A stretch of DNA of 64,000 nucleotides, taken from an uncultured Chloroflexia bacterium (GTDB lineage: Bacteria; Chloroflexota; Limnocylindria; Limnocylindrales; CSP1-4). Positions 38,363-48,137 of the stretch are shown here, piece after piece. Made by a program: the position numbers and the translations under genes. A model generated the notes under the pieces. It worked only from the letters and a program-made list of their open reading frames with translations. It had not been told where the DNA came from and did no database searches. The stretch's first letter is position 1; the number at the start of each line of letters is the position of its first letter. The stretch is taken from NCBI GenBank assembly GCA_963746845.1, contig CAVVCZ010000004.1, positions 1,280,001-1,344,000 on the forward strand. The letters run 5' to 3'.

Positions 38363-39109
38363 TCAGCAGTGAAGCAGGGTGCAGGGCTCGACGAGCGGCC
38401 ATCCGAACCGGATCGCCCAGATCAGGTACGCCAGGAGCGTGACCAGCGAGGACGCGAACACGAAGACGACGATCGGATGGCGCGACCCGCCGAGCCGGTC
38501 GCGACCGGCCCAGACGAGGAGCACGATCGACGCGGGGATGCCGAGCGCAACAGTGGCCCCCTCGGTCGTCACGAAGAAGAAGACCGCGCCGTGGATCGCG
38601 CCGGCCAGGGTGGAGATCGCGGTCCCGGTCGTCGAACCGACGGCGCGTCCACCGCCGGCGAGCGCGAGCATCAGAACGGTGAGCGCGACCCACGCGACGT
38701 GCCATGCCCAGTGGCTCAGGACCTCGTCGAACCAGTGATCGAGGACGCCGCCGGGCGTCAGGTAGAAGGCGTCGCGTTCCGGTCCGGCGGGATAGGTGTC
38801 GCCGATGGCGTTGGCCGCAAGGTGCATGCCCTGCGCCTCGATCCACAGGGCGGCGATCACGAGGAAGAGGACCAGCGCGAGGCCGTTGAGCCGGCCCGTC
38901 CCGTCGAGGACCCACCAGGCGAGGGGGATGATGACAAGGGGCGTCAGGAGATCGGCCGCCTCCTGCCAGGTGAACCCGGGAGCCGTCCCGACATCTCCGT
39001 GAAGCGTCGGCGGGATCAGCAGGAAGACGGCGAGGGCGATCGAGTACGCGAGCAGCCGGATCGGCAGGCGGGCCGCGCGGACGAGGTCGTCGGCTTGCGT
39101 CGGGGATCC
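38363..39109 (-). CDS. Multi-pass membrane protein; start codon unresolved
   Basis: Frame is open from the UAG at 39110-39112 to 38363 with about 7 TM segments; first canonical start (GTG 38860) falls inside a TM segment. Confidence 0.65.
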   Translation of the reverse strand, partial: GSPTQADDLVRAARLPIRLLAYSIALAVFLLIPPTLHGDVGTAPGFTWQEAADLLTPLVIIPLAWWVLDGTGRLNGLALVLFLVIAALWIEAQGMHLAANAIGDTYPAGPERDAFYLTPGGVLDHWFDEVLSHWAWHVAWVALTVLMLALAGGGRAVGSTTGTAISTLAGAIHGAVFFFVTTEGATVALGIPASIVLLVWAGRDRLGGSRHPIVVFVFASSLVTLLAYLIWAIRFGWPLVEPCTLLHC

Positions 39110-39715
39110 CTAGCCGCGGGCGGCCGTCTTGCGCTCGATCAGCGCGATCGCGTCGCGGATCCGCGACATGGTCTCGGCATCGACGGCGTCCGGCTCGAGG
39201 TACGGCCCGAGCCGCTCCATGATGTCGGTGACCAGCCCGAGGAACACGGTCGCGTCGGCGGCGAAGAACTGGGGCTCGTTGTTGTACCGGACGAGCGTGA
39301 GGCGGCCCTGCAGGACGCGCCGCTCCTCGACGTGGGCGACCTGGGTCGCGAAGTTGTGACCCTGGATCCCGTCGGGGTTGTTCAGGAAGTTCAGGGCGTT
39401 GTCGATCGCGAGCCCGAACCGCGCTCGCCACGCGACCAGCCGCTCGTGGACCTCCGTCGGGATCCGGACCTCCGCGACCTCCTCGAAGACCTCGGGTGCG
39501 ACCGTCAGCAACCCCACGAGCGTCGTCCCTGCGCGCGACCCGAGCATGACCTGGAGGCTGCGCTCGAGGGTGAAGACCTCCGAATCGAAGCGCGGGCTCG
39601 TGATCACGTCGGTCAGCAGGTCCTCGACGTTGTCGAGCGTGCCGGGCTCGGCGACCGCGTTCGCGAGATGGAGGACCTCCTCCTTGAACAGGAACTTCTC
39701 TTCGTGGTCGTACAT
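39110..39715 (-). CDS. Hypothetical protein (201 aa)
   Basis: Protein-like composition; ATG 7 nt after TACCAT. Confidence 0.8.
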   Translation of the reverse strand: MYDHEEKFLFKEEVLHLANAVAEPGTLDNVEDLLTDVITSPRFDSEVFTLERSLQVMLGSRAGTTLVGLLTVAPEVFEEVAEVRIPTEVHERLVAWRARFGLAIDNALNFLNNPDGIQGHNFATQVAHVEERRVLQGRLTLVRYNNEPQFFAADATVFLGLVTDIMERLGPYLEPDAVDAETMSRIRDAIALIERKTAARG

Positions 39716-39798
39716 GGCGCCGATGGTAGCAGCGGCGGATCGGCGGATCGGCGGACGAGCGTCGTCGCCCCCGTCACAATGGCCGCCGGAGGGCAGCG

Positions 39799-40407
39799 AT
39801 GAAGGTCCGGCAGGCGCGGGCGGCGGATCTCGACCGGGCGACCGAGACGATCACCCTGGCGTTCATCGACGACCCGGTCTGGCGGGTCGCGCTGACGTCG
39901 GTCGACGGCCGGACCGGGCACCAGGCGGCGTACTGGCGGATGTTCGTCGACGGGGCCTCCGACCAGGACGGGGTCTGGCTCCTCGACGACGGCGCGGCCG
40001 TGGCGGTCTGGATCCCGCCGGACGGGCAGGAGCTCTCGGACCCGGCGACCGAGGCCCTGGAGCGATACAACCTCGAGATGCTCGGGCCGGACGGTGCCCG
40101 GGAGATGCACGAGCTGTACGAACGGTTCGAGGCGAACCACCCCGGGCGCGAGCCGTTCATGTACTTGAGCCCGCTGGCGACCCACCCGGACCATCGCGGC
40201 CGCGGGATCGGCCAGATGCTGCTCGCCGAGACGCTCCGGCGCTGGGACGAGCGTGGCCTGCCGAGCTATCTCGAGTCGACGAACCCTGCCAACGACCATC
40301 GATATGAGCGGGCCGGGTTCCGTCGGATCGGCGGGTTCACGTCGGTCCGGGACGAAGCCCCGATCTCGACGATGTGGCGGACGGTGGGCGGCGCTCCGCG
40401 ACCCTAG
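39799..40407 (+). CDS. GNAT-family N-acetyltransferase
   Basis: AFIDDPVW, AVWIPP, LATHPDHRGRGIG, YLESTNPAN..YERAGF. Confidence 0.9.
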   Translation: MKVRQARAADLDRATETITLAFIDDPVWRVALTSVDGRTGHQAAYWRMFVDGASDQDGVWLLDDGAAVAVWIPPDGQELSDPATEALERYNLEMLGPDGAREMHELYERFEANHPGREPFMYLSPLATHPDHRGRGIGQMLLAETLRRWDERGLPSYLESTNPANDHRYERAGFRRIGGFTSVRDEAPISTMWRTVGGAPRP

Positions 40408-40434
40408 CGCGGCGACATCGTCGGGAAAGGCGTC

Positions 40435-41700
40435 TTACGGGTACAGGCCGCGCATCGCAGTCGCGTCGGCGACGCGCTGGACGGCGAGCAGGTAGGCGGC
40501 GGTCCGCATGTCGACCTGCTCGCGCCGGGCGATGGCCAGGGTCTCCTGGAACGCCTTGACCATGATCTCGCGCAGCTTGTCGTTGACGACGCGCTCGCTC
40601 CAGTGGTCGCGGTTGAGGTCCTGGACCCACTCGAAGTAGCTGACGGTCACGCCGCCGGCGTTGCACAGGATGTCCGGGATCATGAACTTGCTGTTCGCGA
40701 AGAGGATCCGGTCGGCGTCCGGCGTCGTCGGGCCGTTCGCGGCCTCGGCGATCAGGCGGGCCTTGATGTTGCCCGCGTTCCGGCTCGTGATCTGGTTCTC
40801 CAGCGCGGCCGGGATCAGGATCTCGCAGTCGACCTCCAGGAGCTCGGCGTTCGTGATGTCGGTCGTGCCCGGGAAGCCCTGGACGGTGCCGTGCTCCTTC
40901 TTCCAGGCGATGACCCGCTTGATGTCGAGCCCGCCCGGGTTGTGGATGCCGCCGGTCGAGTCGGACACGGCGACGACGGTTGCGCCCTCGTCCGAGATCA
41001 GGGTCGCCGCAATCGAGCCGGCGTTGCCGAAGCCCTCGATCGCGACCCGGGACTTCGACAGCTCGAGCCCGAGATGGCGGGCCGCCTCGATGATGCAGAA
41101 CACGGTGCCGCGGGCGGTCGCCTCGGTGCGACCCTCCGAACCGCCGAGGCTGATCGGCTTGCCGGTGACGACACCCGGGACCGTATGGCCCGCGTGCATC
41201 GAGTAGGTGTCCATGAACCAGGCCATGACCTGGGCGTTCGTGTTGACGTCCGGCGCGGGGATGTCCCGCTCGGGGCCGACGAGGACCTCGATCTCGGTGA
41301 AGAAGCGGCGGCTGAGCGCCTCGAGCTCCTTCTGGCTGAGCTTCTTCGGGTCGACGATCACGCCGCCCTTGCCGCCGCCGTACGGGATGCCGACGACCGC
41401 GCACTTCCAGGTCATCCACATCGCGAGGGCCTTGACCTCGTCGAGGCTGACGTCCTGGTGGTACCGGATGCCGCCCTTCGCCGGCCCGCGGCCGAGGTTG
41501 TGCTGGACGCGGTAGCCGGTGAACACCTGGACCGAGCCGTCGTCCATCTTCACCGGGAAGTGGACGGTCAGCTCCCGGCGCGGCTCGCGCAGGACGCGGC
41601 GCAGACCGGGATCGAGGTTGAGGCGCTCGGCGGCCAGGTCGAACTGTTGCTGGGCGACCTGCCACGGGTTGATCGACGCGGCGACTTGCTCGGTCGTCAT
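40435..41700 (-). CDS. gdhA: Glutamate dehydrogenase (Glu/Leu/Phe/Val dehydrogenase family)
   Basis: GPAKGGIRY, GGGKGG, DIPAPD, GFGNAG, EAANGP, NAGGVTVSYFEW. Confidence 0.93.
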   Translation of the reverse strand: MTTEQVAASINPWQVAQQQFDLAAERLNLDPGLRRVLREPRRELTVHFPVKMDDGSVQVFTGYRVQHNLGRGPAKGGIRYHQDVSLDEVKALAMWMTWKCAVVGIPYGGGKGGVIVDPKKLSQKELEALSRRFFTEIEVLVGPERDIPAPDVNTNAQVMAWFMDTYSMHAGHTVPGVVTGKPISLGGSEGRTEATARGTVFCIIEAARHLGLELSKSRVAIEGFGNAGSIAATLISDEGATVVAVSDSTGGIHNPGGLDIKRVIAWKKEHGTVQGFPGTTDITNAELLEVDCEILIPAALENQITSRNAGNIKARLIAEAANGPTTPDADRILFANSKFMIPDILCNAGGVTVSYFEWVQDLNRDHWSERVVNDKLREIMVKAFQETLAIARREQVDMRTAAYLLAVQRVADATAMRGLYP

Positions 41701-41970
41701 GGTGTGAGGTGATCCTCCGTGGCCGCCGGGGCCTGGTGGCCGACCGGAGGCGAGAGCTGGGTCGTCTCCCGGACGACCCCACGGGGCACCGTGCGCGTGG
41801 AGGGCGATCGGTGCGTCATGAGTCCGCGGTGAGTATACCGGCGAGCGGCCCTGGAGGTCGTGCGTCGTCCACCGTGACGCAACGTTAGCGAAACCCGGCC
41901 GCAACCTTCGCTGGTACAAGAGTCCCGGCCGCGGTCGGGGTGGTCGCCGGCGCGACGACGAGCCGAGGCG

Positions 41971-42816
41971 TCAGCGCTGGTAGAGCACCGCCGCGCCGAC
42001 GCAGCCCGGGCCGAGGTGCGGGCCGACCGACGGACCGACGATCGAGACGAGGACGTCGTCCGGGTCGAGGTTGCCGCGGCGGGCGACCTCGGCCTTGAAC
42101 TCCGCGACGTCGGGGGCCATCGTGTGGAGGATCGAGACGCGCTCGATCGGCCGGGCGCAGATCAGCTCGATGCAGCGCTCGCGCGACTTCGAGCGGGTTC
42201 GCGGCTTGTCGGCCGTCTCGACCGTGCCGTGCTCGACCGCGATGATCGGCTTGACCGAGAGCAGCGTCCCGATCGCGGCCTGGGCGCCGCTGATCCGCCC
42301 GCCCTTCTTCAGGTACTCGAGCGTCTCGAGCGAGACGTACATCCGAAGGTCGTCGGCCCGGTCGCGGAGGACGTCGGCGATCTCGGCCGCCGGCATCCCG
42401 CCCGCGGCGAGGTCCTGGCCCATGAAGCACAGGATCCCCTCGGCCATCGATGCGCCCTGCGAGTCGACGATGTGGATCTCCCGGTCCGGCAGCATCCCCC
42501 GGGCGATCTCGGCGGCCTTGATCGAGCCGGACAGCAATCCGGAGACATGGACCGAGATGATCGCGTCGGCGCCTTCGGCGAACGCGCCCTCGTAGATCGC
42601 CTTGACCTCCCCGGGGCTCGCCGCCGCGGTCTTCGGGAACGGTGCGTCGGGCGCCGTCATCCGCGTCCAGAAGTCCGCGGTCGAGAGATCGACGCCGGCG
42701 CGGTACTTGTCGGCGCCGAATGTCACCTCGAGCGGCACGACGCGAATGCCCGCCCCCTGGGCGACCGCCGGGTCGAGGTCCGACGCGGAATCGGTGACGA
42801 ACGCGATCCGGGCCAC
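41971..42816 (-). CDS. DegV family fatty acid-binding protein
   Basis: FVTDSASDL, SGLLSGS, IVDS, YLKKGGRIS, VKPI, HLGPG. Confidence 0.93.
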   Translation of the reverse strand: MARIAFVTDSASDLDPAVAQGAGIRVVPLEVTFGADKYRAGVDLSTADFWTRMTAPDAPFPKTAAASPGEVKAIYEGAFAEGADAIISVHVSGLLSGSIKAAEIARGMLPDREIHIVDSQGASMAEGILCFMGQDLAAGGMPAAEIADVLRDRADDLRMYVSLETLEYLKKGGRISGAQAAIGTLLSVKPIIAVEHGTVETADKPRTRSKSRERCIELICARPIERVSILHTMAPDVAEFKAEVARRGNLDPDDVLVSIVGPSVGPHLGPGCVGAAVLYQR

Positions 42817-42933
42817 GGCTCCCTCCTCTGAGCTTCCCCTCGCCACGATGATACGGGACCACAACCGGGCTCCGGACCGGTCGGCGACCCGCGTCTGGTC
42901 CGCCGACGTCCAAGGCGGTTACGCTGGCGGGAC

Positions 42934-44259
42934 ATGGATCGTTCTCTGTGGGCCGTGCTCGTCGGCACGTTCACGCTGCGTTTCAGCACGGGCCTCACGG
43001 GCACGATGCTGGCCGTCTATCTCGCGAAGCTGCCCGAGCATGGCGGCCCCGTGGTCGCGGCGACGACGCTGGCCGTCCTCCACGCGACGTTCTATCTCAG
43101 CGAGCTCGGCCTCTCGCCGATCTTCGGCGTCCTGTCGGACCGGATCGGCCACCATCGGGTGATGCTCATCGGCCCCGCGTTCGGAGCGGTCGCGGTGATC
43201 CTGACCGGTCTCACCACGAACCTGCTCCTGCTCGGCGGAACCCGGATCCTGGAGGGCGCGTCGACCGCCGCGAGCGTCCCCTCCATCCTCGGCTACATCG
43301 CGCTCGTGACCGCCGGCAACGAGGTTCTCCGGGGCAAGGCCGCCGCGCGGTTCGAGGGGGCGACGCTCGCCGGACTCGGCGTCGGGCTGGTCATCGCGCC
43401 GCTCCTGTTCGCGGCGCTCGGTCCCGCCGCGTTCTTCCTGAACGCGCTGGTCTACGGGGTCTCCTACCTGATCTACCGATACGGCGTCGAGGACCGCCAG
43501 GGCGTCGAGCGCGCAGAGCGCGCCGCGCGGGCGGACCGTCCGCGCATGGACCTCGGCCGATACGCGGCGCTGCTCCGCACGTCCCACGTCTGGCTCCTGG
43601 CGCCGACCTGGATCGCGGTCAACGCGGCGATCGGCGTGTGGTTCAGCCAGGCCATCTTCAACTTCTCCCGCGCCAATCCCCGCTTTCCGGACCAGCTCCT
43701 GATGCGCGGCTTCCAGCCGTTCCAGATCTCCCTGGCGGCGATCGCGATCGGCGTCGTGTTCTTCGCCGGCCTGATCTACTGGGGCAACCGCTTCAAGACC
43801 CTCCGCCGAACGACGATCATCGCGGGCGGGATCGCCGGCGGGATCGTCATGGCGATCGGCGTCTACGTCGTGAACCATGGCCACGCGCTGCCGCTCGTCC
43901 TGACGCTCGCGGGAGGCGTTGCCGCAGCGGCCGGCCTGTTCGTCCTCGCCGGTGCGACGCCGGCCGCGGTCGGTCTCCTCGCCGACATGTCGGAACGCTT
44001 CCCGACCGACCGCGGAGCGATCATGGGCCTCTACTCGGTGTTCCTCGCGATCGGCCAGATCGTGGGCAGCCTGATCGGCGGCTACGCGGCCGAGTCGCAC
44101 GGGATCGATGGGTTGCTCGCCGCCACGATCGTTCTGCTGATCATCGCGCTGCTCCCGACCGCGCAGCTGCGCCGCCAGGAGTACCTGCTCGAGGAAGAGC
44201 ACCCGGAGCTCGCTCCCACGTCCGCCGCCCACGAGGCGCCGCCCGCAGCACCCGCATGA
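42934..44259 (+). CDS. MFS transporter
   Basis: 12 TM pattern, motif A GVLSDRIGHHR. Confidence 0.9.
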   Translation: MDRSLWAVLVGTFTLRFSTGLTGTMLAVYLAKLPEHGGPVVAATTLAVLHATFYLSELGLSPIFGVLSDRIGHHRVMLIGPAFGAVAVILTGLTTNLLLLGGTRILEGASTAASVPSILGYIALVTAGNEVLRGKAAARFEGATLAGLGVGLVIAPLLFAALGPAAFFLNALVYGVSYLIYRYGVEDRQGVERAERAARADRPRMDLGRYAALLRTSHVWLLAPTWIAVNAAIGVWFSQAIFNFSRANPRFPDQLLMRGFQPFQISLAAIAIGVVFFAGLIYWGNRFKTLRRTTIIAGGIAGGIVMAIGVYVVNHGHALPLVLTLAGGVAAAAGLFVLAGATPAAVGLLADMSERFPTDRGAIMGLYSVFLAIGQIVGSLIGGYAAESHGIDGLLAATIVLLIIALLPTAQLRRQEYLLEEEHPELAPTSAAHEAPPAAPA

Positions 44260-44269
44260 GGGCGACAGC

Positions 44270-45961
44270 GTGAGTGCGGCGGCTCGTCCCGGCGACGGCG
44301 GCCGGCCGCTGGTCCCGATGCCCCTGGTTCGGGGCGCTCGCGGCGCGGTCGTCGCGCCCCACCACCTCGCCACGGCCGCCGGGCTGTCGATCCTCCGGGC
44401 CGGGGGTCACGCGGTCGACGCGGCCATCGCGACGAACGCGGTCCTCGGGGTCGTCCTGCCGTCCGCGTGCGGGATCGGCGGCGACGCGTTCTGGCTGATC
44501 TGGGACGAGGCGACGGGTCGCCAGACCGCGCTGAACGGCTCCGGACGAGCGCCGGCGACGGCCGATGCCGCCTCGTTGCGGGCCGGCGGGCTGGCCGTGC
44601 TCCCGTACCGGGGGCCGCTCGCGGTCACGGTGCCCGGCGCCGTTCGATCGTGGGGCGACGCGCATGCCCGACACGGCCGGCTGTCGAGGGCGGACGTCCT
44701 CGCCCCGGCGATCCAGCTCGCGCGCGACGGCTTCCCCGCCTACGACGGGTTCATCTCGGCCGTCGAGGGCACGCTGCCGGCGATCCTCGACGAGCTTGGC
44801 GCGGGCTCCGGGTTCGAGCGCGTCTACCGGCCGAACGGCAGGCCCTGGCGACCCGGCGAGCGCGTCCGCCTGCCGGCCCTGGCGACGACGCTCGAACGCC
44901 TCGCCGACGCCGGCTTCGACGACTTCTACGACGGTGAGATCGCCGAGCGGCAGGCCGCCGGGCTCGCGTCGGTCGGGTGCGGGATCACGGCCGGCGACCT
45001 GGCGACGCACACCTCGACCTGGACGGACCCGATCGCGACCACCTACCGCGGCACGCGGGTCACGACGCACCCGCCGAACAGCTCCGGCCTGGTCGCACTC
45101 GAGCTCCTCAACATCCTCGAGACGTTCGAGCCGCCGGCGGCCGGTGCGTTCGGGCCGGTCGGAGTCGAGGACGCGCGCTGGGTCCATCTCGGGATCGAGG
45201 CGGCGAAGCTCGCGATGGCCGACCGCGACTTCCACCTGTCGGACCCGGAGTTCGTCGACATCCCGCTCGACCAGCTGCTGTCCAAGGGGCATGCGGCCGA
45301 GCTGGCCCGCCTCATCGATCCGCACCGCGCGGCGATGCCGCCCGCCGCGACGAACCCACGCGGCGGTGGGACGATCTATCTCGCGACCGTCGACGCCGAC
45401 GGGAACGCGGTGAGCCTGATCGAGTCGAACTACATGGGGTTCGGGTCGGGCGTGGTGGACCCCGGCACCGGCATCCATTACCAGAACCGCGGGTCGTACT
45501 TCAGCCTCGATCCGGACCACCCGAACGTGCTCGCGCCGGGCAAGCGGACGCTCCACACGCTGCTCCCCGGGATGCTGTTCCGGCACGGCGAACGGCGGCC
45601 GTGGGTCGTGACCGGCTCGATGGGCGGTGACGCCCAGCCGCAGATCCATGCCCAGGTCGTGTCGGCGCTCGTCGACGGCGGCGTGGACGTCGCGACGGCG
45701 GTGGGCGCGCCGCGCTGGTTCGTCGACGGGGAGGCCCACTTCGCGCCACCGGTCAACGTCCGGGTCGAGCGACGCTACCCGGCGGTGATCCTGGACGAGC
45801 TGGAGGCCCTGGGCCACCCACTCACGCGGACGATCCCGTTCAACGGGCTGCTCGGCCACGCCCACGCGATCGAGCTGGTCGATGGCGGGCCGGCGGAGGC
45901 GGACGGCTCGCTGACGGCCGCGACGGATCCCCGGAGCGCGGGCCTGCCGGCGGTCTGGTAG
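44270..45961 (+). CDS. ggt: Gamma-glutamyltransferase family (Ntn hydrolase)
   Basis: GGHAVDAAIA, GIGGDAF, VTVPG, HPPNSSG, GGT cleavage site, QNRG, GKRTLHTL, MGGDAQPQ, DPRS. Confidence 0.9.
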   Translation: MSAAARPGDGGRPLVPMPLVRGARGAVVAPHHLATAAGLSILRAGGHAVDAAIATNAVLGVVLPSACGIGGDAFWLIWDEATGRQTALNGSGRAPATADAASLRAGGLAVLPYRGPLAVTVPGAVRSWGDAHARHGRLSRADVLAPAIQLARDGFPAYDGFISAVEGTLPAILDELGAGSGFERVYRPNGRPWRPGERVRLPALATTLERLADAGFDDFYDGEIAERQAAGLASVGCGITAGDLATHTSTWTDPIATTYRGTRVTTHPPNSSGLVALELLNILETFEPPAAGAFGPVGVEDARWVHLGIEAAKLAMADRDFHLSDPEFVDIPLDQLLSKGHAAELARLIDPHRAAMPPAATNPRGGGTIYLATVDADGNAVSLIESNYMGFGSGVVDPGTGIHYQNRGSYFSLDPDHPNVLAPGKRTLHTLLPGMLFRHGERRPWVVTGSMGGDAQPQIHAQVVSALVDGGVDVATAVGAPRWFVDGEAHFAPPVNVRVERRYPAVILDELEALGHPLTRTIPFNGLLGHAHAIELVDGGPAEADGSLTAATDPRSAGLPAVW

Positions 45962-46357
45962 CCACGCCCGACCTGCCCCGTTCGGCCCCGTCACCCCCGC
46001 CCAGCCCGCGGCCCCCGGCCCCCGGCCCCCGCCGCGCGCGTTGCGCCCAGCGCACGAAACGACGCCCGAACGGCCGGACTGTCGCCCGAAACGGCCAATT
46101 CCGCCCACTCTGACGTCGGATGGTGCGTCCAGTGCGTCAATCGGCGCTCGAGCGAGCCGTCAGCCGTCGTTTGACGCGCCCAGCGCAATGCCGGCGCCGG
46201 GCCCGAACGCCCGTGAGCGAGGAGCGGAGTGGCCAACGCAGTCCAGCGTCGTTCCAGTGCGACAGCATTGGAGTTATGCTCGGCCCCACCGGTGGCGGGC
46301 TGCGCTCACACGACGCCGCCACCGGTGAACCCACCGATCGGTTGACGGAGCCGCCGC

Positions 46358-46630
46358 GTGACCTCGAACGTCGGGCAGAACTACCCCTACACGAGCGAGA
46401 CCGAGGCCGATCGCGCCGCCGCGATCGCGAGCCTCACGGCCAGGCGCGAGGGTCTGTCCGACACCCTGGAGGCCGAGACGACGCCCGTCGACGTCAACGA
46501 GCAGTGGTGGGTCTGGAAGTGCCCGACCGCGGGCTGCCCCGGCCTCCTCCACGTCGCGGGCTACGCGCTGGACAAGCACGCCCTGTTCGTCGTCTGCGAC
46601 GGGACCTGCGGCAAGACGTTCCTCCGCTGA
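46358..46630 (+). CDS. Small zinc-ribbon protein
   Basis: WKCPTAGCPG...VVCDGTCGK; GGAG RBS; coupled to azlC. Confidence 0.75.
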   Translation: MTSNVGQNYPYTSETEADRAAAIASLTARREGLSDTLEAETTPVDVNEQWWVWKCPTAGCPGLLHVAGYALDKHALFVVCDGTCGKTFLR

Positions 46631-47388
46631 CGGCCCGCGCCCCCGGCACCGCTCCCCTGCCCGCGGACGAGCTCCGCGTCGCGCGGCGCCGGCTCGTCCT
46701 CGACGGGATGGGCATCCTCGTCTCCGCCGCCGGCTTCGGCTTCGTCTTCGGCCTGACGGCCCGGACGGTCGGCCACTACTCCCCGATCGAGGCGATGGCG
46801 ATGAGCCTCATCGCGTTCGCCGGTGCCGCCCAGTTCGCGACGATCGGCTATGTCGTCGCGGGCATCTCCTGGCCCGTGATCGCCCTCCTGACGTTCCTCC
46901 TGAACGCGCGTCACGCCCTGTACTCGGCCGCCATCGCGCCATGGTTCGTGGGCACTCCGTTCGGGCAGCGCGCCGTCGCCGCCCATCTCCTGACCGACGA
47001 GGCGTTCGCCCTCTCGACGACCCACTTCCGCCGGATCGGCCGGTTCGACCCATTCGGCTACTGGTTCGCCGCGATCGTCACGACCCTGATCCCCTGGAAC
47101 ATCGCCACGCTCGCGGGCGTGACGATCGGCGCCTCGATCGTGAACCCCTCGTCGCTCGGGATCGACGTCATCTTCCCGGCGGCGATGGCCGGCCTCGCCG
47201 TCGGGCTGATCACCGGCCGGCGCGAGCTCGCCGCGGCACTGGCCGGCGCCGCGATCGGGGTCGGCGTGACGCTGGCCGTGAGCGCGACCGCCGGGGTCAT
47301 CGCGGGCGGCGTCATCGGGCCGTTCGTCGGCTTCCTCATCCCGTCGTCCGAGGCGACCGAGCCCCCGGCGATCGGTGTCGACATTTGA
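46627..47388 (+). CDS. azlC: AzlC-family branched-chain amino acid exporter
   Basis: FAGAAQF, LLNARHALYS, LTDEAFA; start either CTG 46627 (overlapping upstream stop) or ATG 46708. Confidence 0.88.
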   Translation: MTARAPGTAPLPADELRVARRRLVLDGMGILVSAAGFGFVFGLTARTVGHYSPIEAMAMSLIAFAGAAQFATIGYVVAGISWPVIALLTFLLNARHALYSAAIAPWFVGTPFGQRAVAAHLLTDEAFALSTTHFRRIGRFDPFGYWFAAIVTTLIPWNIATLAGVTIGASIVNPSSLGIDVIFPAAMAGLAVGLITGRRELAAALAGAAIGVGVTLAVSATAGVIAGGVIGPFVGFLIPSSEATEPPAIGVDI

Positions 47389-47711
47389 GCACGGACCTCG
47401 TCCCGCTCGCGGTCGTGATGTGGGCCGTCACCTATCCATCGCGGGCGGTCGGGCTGCTCGCGCCGTCGATGGATCGGCTGCCGCGACCGGTGCTCGACTA
47501 CCTCCGGCTCGTCGGCCCGGCCGTTCTGGCCGCGCTCGCGGCCGTCAACACGCTGTTCCCCGACTCCCAGGAGTCGTCGATCGTGGTCGGCGTCGCCTGG
47601 GTCTCGGTCGCCGCCTGCATCGCGATCGTCGTCTGGCGGCGGAACCTGTTCCTCGGGCTGGTCGTGGCCGTCGCGATCGCGATCGCCGGGAGGGCCGCCG
47701 GCCTGCCCTGA
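47385..47711 (+). CDS. azlD: AzlD-family protein
   Basis: VTYPSRA, YLRLVGPAVLAAL; TTG start overlaps the azlC stop. Confidence 0.85.
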   Translation: MSTDLVPLAVVMWAVTYPSRAVGLLAPSMDRLPRPVLDYLRLVGPAVLAALAAVNTLFPDSQESSIVVGVAWVSVAACIAIVVWRRNLFLGLVVAVAIAIAGRAAGLP

Positions 47712-47729
47712 CGGGTCCAACGCCCCGGG

Positions 47730-48137
47730 TCAGCTGCGACGGACGGCGTCCGCCTCGACCTCGACGAGGAGCGAGGGGTCGATCAGCGCGCCGACCTCGA
47801 GGAGCGTGGATGCCGGCCGGATGCCGCCGAAGACCTCCCCGTGGACCGCGGCGACCGCGAGACCGTCCGTCATCGAGACGACGTACATCCGCGTCCGCAC
47901 GACGTCCGCGAGGCCGAAGCCCGCCTCCTCCAGCGCGCGCGCCACGATCGCCCACGAGGCGCGGGCCTGGGCGGCCGCGTCCCCGGGATGCGCGGACGTC
48001 CCGTCGGCACCGGTGTCGGTGGTGCCGGCGACCCAGCAGCGATCGCCCTCGACGATCGCCCGGCTGTAGCCGAACCGCTCCTCGTACGGGCCGCCGGACG
48101 AGATCCGTCGGCGCGCGGCGGGGTCGGCCGCCGTCAC
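47730..48137 (-). CDS. RidA/YjgF family protein
   Basis: SSGGPYEERFGYSRA, VAGTT, DVVRTRMY, RPASTL, LVEVEADA. Confidence 0.92.
   Translation of the reverse strand: MTAADPAARRRISSGGPYEERFGYSRAIVEGDRCWVAGTTDTGADGTSAHPGDAAAQARASWAIVARALEEAGFGLADVVRTRMYVVSMTDGLAVAAVHGEVFGGIRPASTLLEVGALIDPSLLVEVEADAVRRS

Noticed and set aside
39110-39112. Pyrrolysine decoding of the UAG
   Set aside because: No pyl genes or methylamine methyltransferase context in the window
41700-41835. Riboswitch in the gdhA leader
   Set aside because: Hairpins are present (e.g. GGGTCGTC...GACGACCC) but I recognise no aptamer consensus
45960-46270. Long intergenic stretch after ggt as ncRNA or MITE
   Set aside because: Only short imperfect repeats; no convincing terminal repeats or recognisable RNA motif
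46358-46630. Zn-ribbon protein as a LysW-type carrier
   Set aside because: Lacks the C-terminal EDWGE motif and no RimK/LysX ligase is nearby
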